Positions 29,905 to 37,330 of a stretch of DNA of 64,000 nucleotides are shown piece by piece. Made by a program: the position numbers and the translations under genes. The notes under the pieces are model-generated. The model was not told the DNA's origin, searched no databases, and worked only from the letters and a program-made list of their open reading frames with translations. The stretch comes from Bacteroidales bacterium (lineage in GTDB: Bacteria; Bacteroidota; Bacteroidia; Bacteroidales; FEN-979), in assembly GCA_017882335.1 (NCBI GenBank), contig JADGPR010000001.1, forward strand, positions 27,172-91,171, written 5' to 3'. Position 1 is the stretch's first letter. Each line of letters begins with the position of its first letter.

Positions 29905-29946
29905 ATTGTGAAATTATTAACCAAAATTGTGAAATTATTAACCAAA
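29905..29946. repeat. Perfect 2 x 21-bp tandem repeat (attgtgaaattattaaccaaa) in the leader of the first cytochrome gene
   Basis: 29905-29925 and 29926-29946 are identical. The repeat ends 12 nt before the ATG at 29959. Confidence 0.95.
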
Positions 29947-29958
29947 ACCAAACCTGAT

Positions 29959-31266
29959 ATGAAGACGATTACTAAACTGTTCCTTTTCGCCGGAATGTTC
30001 ATTGCAGTTGCAGGAATATTTTTCTCCAGCTGTACAAAGGAGGGGCCCCAGGGCGCATCCGGGACCAATGGAAAAAACGGCGTTGATGCAAATGAAACAT
30101 GCAAACAATGCCATGCACCTTCAATGGTTGACAGGGTAGCCACAGAATTCGAGATGTCGAAACACAGCTGGGGCGTTGCCGAATTCGAAGAAGCCGGAAA
30201 CGGAGCTTGTACTTCCTGCCATTCACAAAAAGGGTTCATTTATGTTTGCCAGAACAACGTTCCCTCAACATTTACTCTTACCGCTGGAAAATATGTAAAT
30301 GATTATACACCGGACGCCGCAAACCAGTTTGGGGCTATCGGTTGCTGGACATGTCACAGCAGTTTACATACTACTTATGGTGTTGCAGATTTGGCATTTA
30401 CCACAACGGCCCCGGTTTCCATGACCATGTGGGCCGGTGCATCTGGAAAGGACATAAACCTTCCTGCCGACAGTGGCGTAAGTAACATGTGCGCAAAATG
30501 CCACCAGCCGCGTCCGATTACTCTCGGATACGATCCGACCGGAAGAGTTCTTAACTATGATGATTTAAAGAATAATCCGAGCTCGATTGCTTATGACAGC
30601 ACCCTCGGTAACGGAAATACAGGTGTAAAACCTTCCTACAGGCTTGGCGTCCATTACGGAACCGTCGGAGCAATCTATGCCGGTGTTGGTGGTATTGAAT
30701 TCCCTGGTCTTTCATATAGTAATTCTCCACATACAACCCAGGCTGCTTGCCCCCAATGCCATATGGCATCACCAATGACCGGTATTGCAGGCGGACACTC
30801 CTTCAGTATGAGAAACTCGAAAGAAACTCCGTTGGGCGCATCGACAACCTGGAATTTCAACGGTTGTAACGTCACCGGTTGCCACGCCGACATCCCTATC
30901 GACAAAAACACTCCCAAGTGGGCTACCACAAGGGCTAACATAAAGCTGTTGCTCGACAACCTGGCTAATAAAATCAATGATATCGGACAGGGTCATAAAA
31001 TCCTTCATGCAGATGCAACCTCAGCGAATCTCTGGGCCGGTATAGCCACTGGAAACTGGGATGGATATCTTGATTTTTATGATGCTGCCTCAAATCCCGG
31101 CGGATACTGGAAATTGACAACCACTCCGAAATTCCCCACTCTCACCAATGCCCAGCTGGGTGCTATCATCAACTTCCAGCTCTGCCTGAGAGAGTACAGC
31201 CTTGGTATTCACAATACCTCTTACACAACTGCGCTGTTAACCAACTCTATTAATGCGTTGCCGTAA
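29959..31266 (+). CDS. Multiheme c-type cytochrome lipoprotein (5 CXXCH + 1 CX4CH)
   Basis: Lipoprotein-type signal MKTITKLFLFAGMFIAVAGIFFSSC. A collagen-like GPQGASGTNGKNG linker follows. Heme motifs are CKQCH, CTSCH, CWTCH, CAKCH, CPQCH and CNVTGCH (30865-30885). I prefer the ATG at 29959 to the GTG at 29908 used by the ORF track. Confidence 0.85.
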   Translation: MKTITKLFLFAGMFIAVAGIFFSSCTKEGPQGASGTNGKNGVDANETCKQCHAPSMVDRVATEFEMSKHSWGVAEFEEAGNGACTSCHSQKGFIYVCQNNVPSTFTLTAGKYVNDYTPDAANQFGAIGCWTCHSSLHTTYGVADLAFTTTAPVSMTMWAGASGKDINLPADSGVSNMCAKCHQPRPITLGYDPTGRVLNYDDLKNNPSSIAYDSTLGNGNTGVKPSYRLGVHYGTVGAIYAGVGGIEFPGLSYSNSPHTTQAACPQCHMASPMTGIAGGHSFSMRNSKETPLGASTTWNFNGCNVTGCHADIPIDKNTPKWATTRANIKLLLDNLANKINDIGQGHKILHADATSANLWAGIATGNWDGYLDFYDAASNPGGYWKLTTTPKFPTLTNAQLGAIINFQLCLREYSLGIHNTSYTTALLTNSINALP

Positions 31267-31285
31267 TCATGGTCTACGTGTCAGG

Positions 31286-31319
31286 AAAAGGCTTCAGAAA
31301 ATTTCTGAAGCCTTTTTTT
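31286..31319 (+). terminator. Strong intrinsic terminator after the first cytochrome gene
   Basis: ggcttcagaaa (31290-31300) pairs perfectly with tttctgaagcc (31302-31312). A T7 tract follows, and an A-tract upstream allows bidirectional function. Confidence 0.7.
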
Positions 31320-31384
31320 CGACATTCAGTACAAATATGTTATTTTTACTTTCCTTATTATTGAAAATTGTTAAAACTTTCATC

Positions 31385-31762
31385 ATGCAAAAGAAAATTA
31401 TTGGTAGTTTGATTTTATTCCTTGTAGGAATGTTGATTTTTACCTCTTGTGCTAAGGACACCCTTGTACCTGCAGGAAGCAGTATCGATCCAAGCAAGAA
31501 AATCAGCTTTAAGGACGACATTCAGCCGATCTTCACAGCCAGTTGTTTGGGTTCTTTTTGCCATTCGGGCGGTGTAGATCCGAATCTTCAGGCAGGAAAA
31601 GCCTACAGCGACCTCCAGGCGGGGTTTATCAATATAGCGACTCCGGCACAAAGCATTATTTATACAGAAATGGCGCCCGGTGGAGGAATGTCAAGTCATT
31701 GCACGGCAACAGATGCTGATTTTGTTCTTGCCTGGATCACGCAAGGTGCGAAAGACAATTAA
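31385..31762 (+). CDS. Small lipoprotein with a CX4CH motif (possible heme-binding, PSCyt-like segment)
   Basis: Signal MQKKIIGSLILFLVGMLIFTSC. Contains DIQPIFTASCLGSFCHSGG (motif at 31544-31564). The ORF-track start at 31253 would run through the terminator hairpin, so I rejected it. Confidence 0.65.
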   Translation: MQKKIIGSLILFLVGMLIFTSCAKDTLVPAGSSIDPSKKISFKDDIQPIFTASCLGSFCHSGGVDPNLQAGKAYSDLQAGFINIATPAQSIIYTEMAPGGGMSSHCTATDADFVLAWITQGAKDN

Positions 31763-31821
31763 TCCGGTCATTCGTGTTCATTAAAGTCTAAATTAATATG
31801 CATAAACCTATACTATAAACT

Positions 31822-32700
31822 ATGAAAAAATTTCTTTTTAGCCTGGTATTTTTCTTAACCGGCATTGGCATCGTTTTTGCTCAGGATTCCATCCCTGCCC
31901 AAACAAAAAAACCCATGGTGAAAGCTCCTTTTGAAAGTGGCTATTTCATTGATGACCAAACGGTGGCCTTGCCTCCCGCACATTCACTGCAACTGGTTAT
32001 CCAGCACCGGTTCGGGACTATCCAGAATGGGTTTACCGACCTTGCAGGTATCTGGGGCGGTTCCAATATCCGTTTCGGGCTTGATTTTACAATCACAAAA
32101 AATGTCCTGATCGGAGTTGGCACAACCAAGAACAAACGGATCCAGGACATCCAACTGAAATATACATTTCTGCATCAGCGCAAAGGTGGGTTTCCTTTTA
32201 CCATGGGGCTTTATGGAAACATGGGGATCAATTGTCTGAACAAAACGGCTTTTGGCACTGCCTTTAAATCGCGCGACCGCTTCTCCTATTTTGGCGAGCT
32301 GATGATTGCAAAAAGATTCTGCAAAGAGTTTTCCGCCCAGCTTGGAATTGCCTGGGTTCATTACAACATCGTGGATTCTACTGTCACAAAGCGGGATTGG
32401 CATGTTAACGGAATGCACAATGACAATCTCCAGATTTCCGGAATCGGCCGTCTGAAGATCAGTCCGCAGACCTCCATCATTGCCACCTATTCTCAATCTG
32501 TTTTTACTTACGTAAACAAGAAGCCTTGGCCGAATGCCGGATTGGGAATCGAGGTTTCCACAAGCACCCACGCATTCCAGATCTTTCTTGCTGCAGCGCA
32601 GGGTATTGTTCCGCAGGAAGTGGCTTTTTACAACGAAAATAACCCCTATAACGGAATGATCTTGATTGGGTTCAATATTACCCGATTGTGGACCTTTTAA
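31822..32700 (+). CDS. Putative outer-membrane beta-barrel protein (possibly DUF5777-like)
   Basis: Signal peptide MKKFLFSLVFFLTGIGIVFAQD. Alternating hydrophobic strand patterns are present, and the C-terminus ends ...ITRLWTF (terminal aromatic, OMP-like). The family name is from memory only. Confidence 0.55.
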   Translation: MKKFLFSLVFFLTGIGIVFAQDSIPAQTKKPMVKAPFESGYFIDDQTVALPPAHSLQLVIQHRFGTIQNGFTDLAGIWGGSNIRFGLDFTITKNVLIGVGTTKNKRIQDIQLKYTFLHQRKGGFPFTMGLYGNMGINCLNKTAFGTAFKSRDRFSYFGELMIAKRFCKEFSAQLGIAWVHYNIVDSTVTKRDWHVNGMHNDNLQISGIGRLKISPQTSIIATYSQSVFTYVNKKPWPNAGLGIEVSTSTHAFQIFLAAAQGIVPQEVAFYNENNPYNGMILIGFNITRLWTF

Positions 32701-32738
32701 TTATTTATCAATTATTTAACCTTAAAACATCCGAATCA

Positions 32739-33167
32739 ATGAAAACAACACAGAAAGCGATTACCCTACTCGTAACGATGATTATCGCAGTAGTATTTGT
32801 ATTTGGGAATACGGTCAATGCTCAACAGGCAAAAGCAAAACCATGGCCTGTTCCCGACAAGAACAAAACGATGAAAGCAGCTGTTAACCTGAAAGACGCA
32901 TCCGTGATCAGCAGCGGAAAAGAAGCTTGGGCAAAGAACTGCAAATCCTGCCATGGTGCCAAAGGTTTAGGCGACGGCCCCAAGGGCGCTTCACTAAAAA
33001 CCTTCCCGGGGGATTTTTCCGGAGCAGCTTTCCAGGGTTCGACAGATGGCGAATTGTTCTTCAGAACCAATGTTGGACGCGATGAAATGCCAGGCTACGA
33101 AAAGAAAATCCCCGATGCAAATGAGCGTTGGGCGCTTGTGGCTTACATGCGTACCCTTAAGAAATAA
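32739..33167 (+). CDS. Monoheme class I c-type cytochrome
   Basis: Signal/anchor MKTTQKAITLLVTMIIAVVFVFGNTVNA. Contains a single CKSCHGAKG motif and a distal Met candidate in GRDEMPGY. The ending WALVAYMRTLK is typical of small cytochromes c. Confidence 0.85.
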   Translation: MKTTQKAITLLVTMIIAVVFVFGNTVNAQQAKAKPWPVPDKNKTMKAAVNLKDASVISSGKEAWAKNCKSCHGAKGLGDGPKGASLKTFPGDFSGAAFQGSTDGELFFRTNVGRDEMPGYEKKIPDANERWALVAYMRTLKK

Positions 33168-33183
33168 TAGATTTCTTTGCGGC

Positions 33184-33227
33184 AAATTGGGTGTTTTTCG
33201 AGTACCAAAAACACCCAATTTATTTTA
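33184..33227 (+). terminator. Strong intrinsic terminator after the monoheme cytochrome gene
   Basis: aaattgggtgttttt (33184-33198) pairs with aaaaacacccaattt (33207-33221). The loop is cgagtacc and the downstream sequence is T-rich. Confidence 0.7.
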
Positions 33228-33267
33228 ACAGGTTTTTCTATCATCAATATTACCCGAAGATCATCGT

Positions 33268-34299
33268 ATGGTTAAGAAATATAATAACCGGCCGGCCTGG
33301 ATTGTTTTGATTCTCGTCATCTGCTCAGCGATCGTTTACTCTCTCAGCTATTCGGCCAATTCGAAATCCGTTCGCACCGACACGACAACTGCCCAAAAAG
33401 AGAACACACCTCCTAAAAACAACCAGTTTTCCAATCATAAAAACGCCGGGGAGAATGAAAACTGTTTTAAATGTCATGGGCAGTCAAAGTATTCTTACGA
33501 AAACAGCGAATCCAAGAAAACGGCTACAAAAAAAATGTTTGTTGAACTCATCATTGACCGGTCGGTTTTTTATGAATCTAATCACCGCGAGTTTAAATGT
33601 ATCGATTGCCATTCTGAAGATTATAACACCTTCCCGCACCAGGGAAACCTCCGCATGGAAGCAAAGCCAAATTGCCTCGATTGCCATGGGGGTGATGAAA
33701 AATATGCCAAGTTCCATTTTGAAAATATTGAAAAGGAATTCCAGGAAAGTGTGCATTCGGAAAAACACAGCCAAGACTTTACCTGCTGGATGTGCCATAA
33801 TCCACATACTTATAAAATCAATGCCCGCCCCAATGAAAACATAAAGCAAACAATCGCTTACGACAATGCCATCTGTTTGAATTGTCACGGGAATTTATCC
33901 AATTATCAGTTGTTGACTGATAAAGCCAACCCGAATCTTCTTACGAAGCATGACTGGATTCCCAACCAGAAGTTGCATTTTCTTTCTGTACGCTGCGTGG
34001 AATGTCATACAAAAAAGATCAACGACAGTACATTGGTTGCGCATAAGATCCTCCCAAAGAAAGAGGCGGTTAGGAATTGTGACCAGTGTCATTCATCCAA
34101 TTCCGTATTAATGGCTGCCCTGTATAAATATAAGATCAAAGAGGTACGCAGTGCAAAAGGGTTTTTCAAAGGAGTGATCACCAATGATTCCTATGTGATC
34201 GGGGCAAACAGAAATTATTATCTGAATGTTTTGAGTCTCGTTATCGCTGGTTTTGTGATCCTGGTGATCATTATCCATGCATTTCTAAGAACATTGTAA
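33268..34299 (+). CDS. Heptaheme c-type cytochrome with N- and C-terminal TM anchors
   Basis: Heme motifs are CFKCH, CIDCH, CLDCH, CWMCH, CLNCH, CVECH and CDQCH. The N-terminal helix is AWIVLILVICSAIVYSL and the C-terminal helix is VLSLVIAGFVILVIIIHAF. Confidence 0.85.
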   Translation: MVKKYNNRPAWIVLILVICSAIVYSLSYSANSKSVRTDTTTAQKENTPPKNNQFSNHKNAGENENCFKCHGQSKYSYENSESKKTATKKMFVELIIDRSVFYESNHREFKCIDCHSEDYNTFPHQGNLRMEAKPNCLDCHGGDEKYAKFHFENIEKEFQESVHSEKHSQDFTCWMCHNPHTYKINARPNENIKQTIAYDNAICLNCHGNLSNYQLLTDKANPNLLTKHDWIPNQKLHFLSVRCVECHTKKINDSTLVAHKILPKKEAVRNCDQCHSSNSVLMAALYKYKIKEVRSAKGFFKGVITNDSYVIGANRNYYLNVLSLVIAGFVILVIIIHAFLRTL

Positions 34300-34321
34300 C
34301 TGTTTAATTTCAAATAAACCC

Positions 34322-34942
34322 ATGACAGAAGAAAAAATCTATTTGTACCCGGTTTGGATAAGACTTTGGCACCTTCTGAATGCCATTCTTTGTCTGATTC
34401 TTATCATTACGGGTATCAGCATGCAATTCTCCAATCCAAAGTTCCCAATGATTCGTTTTGATGTGGCGGTTTCCGTTCATAATATTGTGGGGATCATTTT
34501 GTGTGTTAATTATCTCCTTTTCTTTCTGGGGAATATAACCACCCATAACGGTAAATATTACAAACTCATCTTTCCCGGCTTGTTCAGTCGCCTGATAACC
34601 CAATTCAGGTATTACACCAGGGGATTATTTAAAGGTGAAGCGGCGCCTTATCCACTAAATTCAGAAAGAAAATTCAATCCCCTCCAACAGGTCACATATG
34701 TTGGCTCCATGTATGTCCTGTTCCCTATCATCATGATTACCGGATGGGCACTGATGTACCCGGAGGTCATCCCTGCCCGTTTTGTTTGGTCCAGCGGACT
34801 TCATCTCACCGATCTTTTTCATATTACGGCAGCATTCCTGGTTTCATTGTTTATGTTTATTCACATCTATTTCTGCACGATTGGGAAAACGCCGCTCAGC
34901 AACTTTCTGAGTATGATAGACGGCTATCATGAAAGTCATTGA
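34322..34942 (+). CDS. Diheme b-type cytochrome, HydC/FdnI (Ni/Fe-hydrogenase cytochrome b / b561) family
   Basis: 206 aa with four TM helices. Conserved His residues are in RLWHLLNA, VSVHNIVG, LFHITAAF and FMFIHIYF. Confidence 0.75.
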   Translation: MTEEKIYLYPVWIRLWHLLNAILCLILIITGISMQFSNPKFPMIRFDVAVSVHNIVGIILCVNYLLFFLGNITTHNGKYYKLIFPGLFSRLITQFRYYTRGLFKGEAAPYPLNSERKFNPLQQVTYVGSMYVLFPIIMITGWALMYPEVIPARFVWSSGLHLTDLFHITAAFLVSLFMFIHIYFCTIGKTPLSNFLSMIDGYHESH

Positions 34943-34986
34943 TCCTCCTTTTATTAAAACATTAACTCTTCTTTAATTTTATTCCT

Positions 34987-35946
34987 GTGGAAGATAACAA
35001 CGACAACAAAAAAAGTTCCCGAAGGCAATTTCTTAAGAAGGGCCTGATTGCAGGGGCAGGAGTGGTTGCCGGTGGCAGCCTGCTGGCAGCTTATGTTGAT
35101 AAATCAAAACCAACATCTGGAGAGAAGGTAAAAGTCCTGACAACGGAAGGCGAGTTGGTGGAGGTAGATAAAGCCCTGATCCATTCTCCCCGGGTTTCTA
35201 TTGAAGAATCCCATAAAGGGATCCCGGGCAGAAAATTTGTGATGGTCATCGACCTGGCCAAATGTAAAAATGCACGAAAATGTGTTGAGGCCTGCCAGAA
35301 AGGCCATCATCTTCCCAGGAGCCAGGAATTCATGAAGGTGTATCTTTTACAGGATTCTGAAAAATCGGCACCCTATTGGTTTCCAAAACCTTGTTTTCAT
35401 TGCGACAACCCGCTTTGTGTGAGCGTTTGCCCGGTGGGTGCAACTTATAAAAGGAGCGACGGGATCGTTTTAATTGATAACCAACGGTGTATTGGGTGTA
35501 AATTCTGTATGACCGGATGCCCTTATTCCACCCGTGTTTTTGCATGGAAAGATTATCCCGAATACGCCGAAGACAAAGAACCGTATTCGCCAGAAGCCAG
35601 CAGTCCCGGGAAAGAGGGAACCGTGTCAAAATGCGATTTTTGCCCCGACCTTGTTCGCATAGGCAAACTGCCTTATTGTGCGCAAAATTGCCCCATGGGG
35701 GTGATCTATTTTGGCGATATTGATGAAGATACCGTCACCAATGGGTCTGAGACATTGCGTTTCAGTGAGCTGATCCGTGACCGTTCCGGATACCGTTACC
35801 TCGAAGTACTTGGCACACGGCCAAGCGTTTATTATCTTCCGCCTGTTGAACGTCAGTTCCCTGTAGAGAGCGGTTTTAAAGATCTCGAGGAGAGTGTTAA
35901 GAATAGATTTAAAAATACCCCCTACGGTAAGACCCACAAACTTTAG
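34987..35946 (+). CDS. Tat-exported 4Fe-4S ferredoxin-type subunit (NrfC/PsrB/HmcB-like)
   Basis: GTG start. Twin-arginine signal SRRQFLKKGLIAGAGV. Four Cys groups are present: CKNARKCVEAC, CFHCDNPLCVSVCP, CIGCKFCMTGCP and CDFC...CAQNCP. Confidence 0.85.
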   Translation: MEDNNDNKKSSRRQFLKKGLIAGAGVVAGGSLLAAYVDKSKPTSGEKVKVLTTEGELVEVDKALIHSPRVSIEESHKGIPGRKFVMVIDLAKCKNARKCVEACQKGHHLPRSQEFMKVYLLQDSEKSAPYWFPKPCFHCDNPLCVSVCPVGATYKRSDGIVLIDNQRCIGCKFCMTGCPYSTRVFAWKDYPEYAEDKEPYSPEASSPGKEGTVSKCDFCPDLVRIGKLPYCAQNCPMGVIYFGDIDEDTVTNGSETLRFSELIRDRSGYRYLEVLGTRPSVYYLPPVERQFPVESGFKDLEESVKNRFKNTPYGKTHKL

Positions 35947-35948
35947 CC

Positions 35949-37292
35949 ATGGAAAATAAAGACACCAAGGAAAAACTGCTGCGGGAATTTGCCCCACAGC
36001 TTGAAAAGACAAGCCCCGCAACACTGGTTTGGATCCTGTTCCTATTGGGAGTGATCGCCTGGGGCGTCTATGCTTTTGTGGCCCAGGTCACCAAGGGCCA
36101 TATCGTCACCGGTATGCGCGACAATGTCGTCTGGGGAATCTATATTGTAAATTTCATCTTCTTTATGGGGATGAGTTACGCCGGGGCTATTATCTCCGGA
36201 ACACTGCAATTGTTCCGTACAGAATGGAGAAAACCCATCATCCGGATGGCGGAGTACCTTGCTATTATTTCCCTTCTGATCGGGCCCGGTTATATTTTGC
36301 TCTGCATCGGCCGTCTTGACCGGCTTCATTACCTTGCACTCTTCGGCAGGATCCAGTCACCCATCACCTGGGACGTCATTGCGATCTCCACCGATATCTT
36401 CGGATGTCTTATCTTTTTATACCTTTCTATCCTCAGGGATATCGCCAGCCTGAGGGATTTTTCTGAGTTGAAAATTCCGGCTTGGAGAAAAAAAATATAT
36501 TCCATGTTGGCACTGGGATATACCGGACTGCCCGAACAGGTAAAACGCCTTAGAAGAGCTACGGACATTATGGCCACCATGGTCATCGCCATTGCGATCA
36601 TCGTGTATTCTGTTTTGGCCTGGATCTTCAGCGTAACCTTGCAACCTGGTTGGCACAGTACCATTTTCGGCCCCTATTTTGTGATTGCCGCCGTTTATTC
36701 CGGTACCGGCGTTTTGATCATTGCCATGTGGGTATTCCGGAAAGTTTATCGTCTTGACCAATATATCACCCGAAAGCATTTTGTTGCAATGGGGGTTTTA
36801 ATGGTCGTTCTGGCTGCACTGTTTGGATATTTTACCTTTAGCGATTACCTGACAAAATGGTATGGTTCAGAAAAAAATGATGAGAGCCTCATCCGGATCC
36901 TTTTTACAGAATATTACTGGCCGTTCATTTTCTCTAACTACATCGGGGTTTTAATTCCACTGCTTGTAATAGGGATCCCGAAACTGAGAACAATAACCAA
37001 CATTACCCTTTCGGCGCTGATTGTCATTGTGGCCCTTTGGTTCAACCGTTACCTGATCGTGATTCCAACACTTGAATCGCCTTATCTCCCGATCCAGGAT
37101 TCACGCCCAGAATGGGCAAATTACGCGGGTACCTGGGTCGAATATGCACTCATGGCCGCAGGGGTCGCTCTTTTTTGCCTGATGTTTACAATTGCCTCTA
37201 AATTTGTACCGGTCATGAATGTTTCCGAGATGTCAGAGACACCTAAAACAGAATCCTCAGAATTGTTTAAAACAGAAGAATCTTTGTTGTAA
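35949..37292 (+). CDS. NrfD/PsrC family polytopic membrane (quinone-interacting) subunit
   Basis: 447 aa with about 10 TM helices. It starts 3 nt after the Fe-S subunit stop, which is the typical NrfC-NrfD pairing. Confidence 0.8.
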   Translation: MENKDTKEKLLREFAPQLEKTSPATLVWILFLLGVIAWGVYAFVAQVTKGHIVTGMRDNVVWGIYIVNFIFFMGMSYAGAIISGTLQLFRTEWRKPIIRMAEYLAIISLLIGPGYILLCIGRLDRLHYLALFGRIQSPITWDVIAISTDIFGCLIFLYLSILRDIASLRDFSELKIPAWRKKIYSMLALGYTGLPEQVKRLRRATDIMATMVIAIAIIVYSVLAWIFSVTLQPGWHSTIFGPYFVIAAVYSGTGVLIIAMWVFRKVYRLDQYITRKHFVAMGVLMVVLAALFGYFTFSDYLTKWYGSEKNDESLIRILFTEYYWPFIFSNYIGVLIPLLVIGIPKLRTITNITLSALIVIVALWFNRYLIVIPTLESPYLPIQDSRPEWANYAGTWVEYALMAAGVALFCLMFTIASKFVPVMNVSEMSETPKTESSELFKTEESLL

Positions 37293-37330
37293 CAACCCTT
37301 TTTACGCCAGGGCTAAAAACCTTCAGTAAT

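Noticed and set aside
29908-29958. The ORF-track start (GTG at 29908) would add VKLLTKIVKLLTKTKPD to the first cytochrome.
   Set aside because: The extension is just the translation of the 21-bp tandem repeat. The ATG at 29959 is followed at once by a textbook lipoprotein signal peptide.
31253-31384. The ORF-track start at 31253 for the small CX4CH lipoprotein.
   Set aside because: It overlaps the upstream gene end and reads straight through the strong terminator hairpin (31290-31312). The internal ATG at 31385 gives a clean lipoprotein signal.
31984-32571. A 195-aa minus-strand ORF inside the beta-barrel gene. Many similar antisense or out-of-frame ORFs occur in the track (e.g. 1495-1845, 1740-2219, 41290-41751, 49114-49851, 52217-52657).
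   Set aside because: All lie within well-supported genes on the other strand or frame, and none has a motif. The low-complexity translations (for example 49477-49851) mirror the K/E-rich coiled-coil gene.
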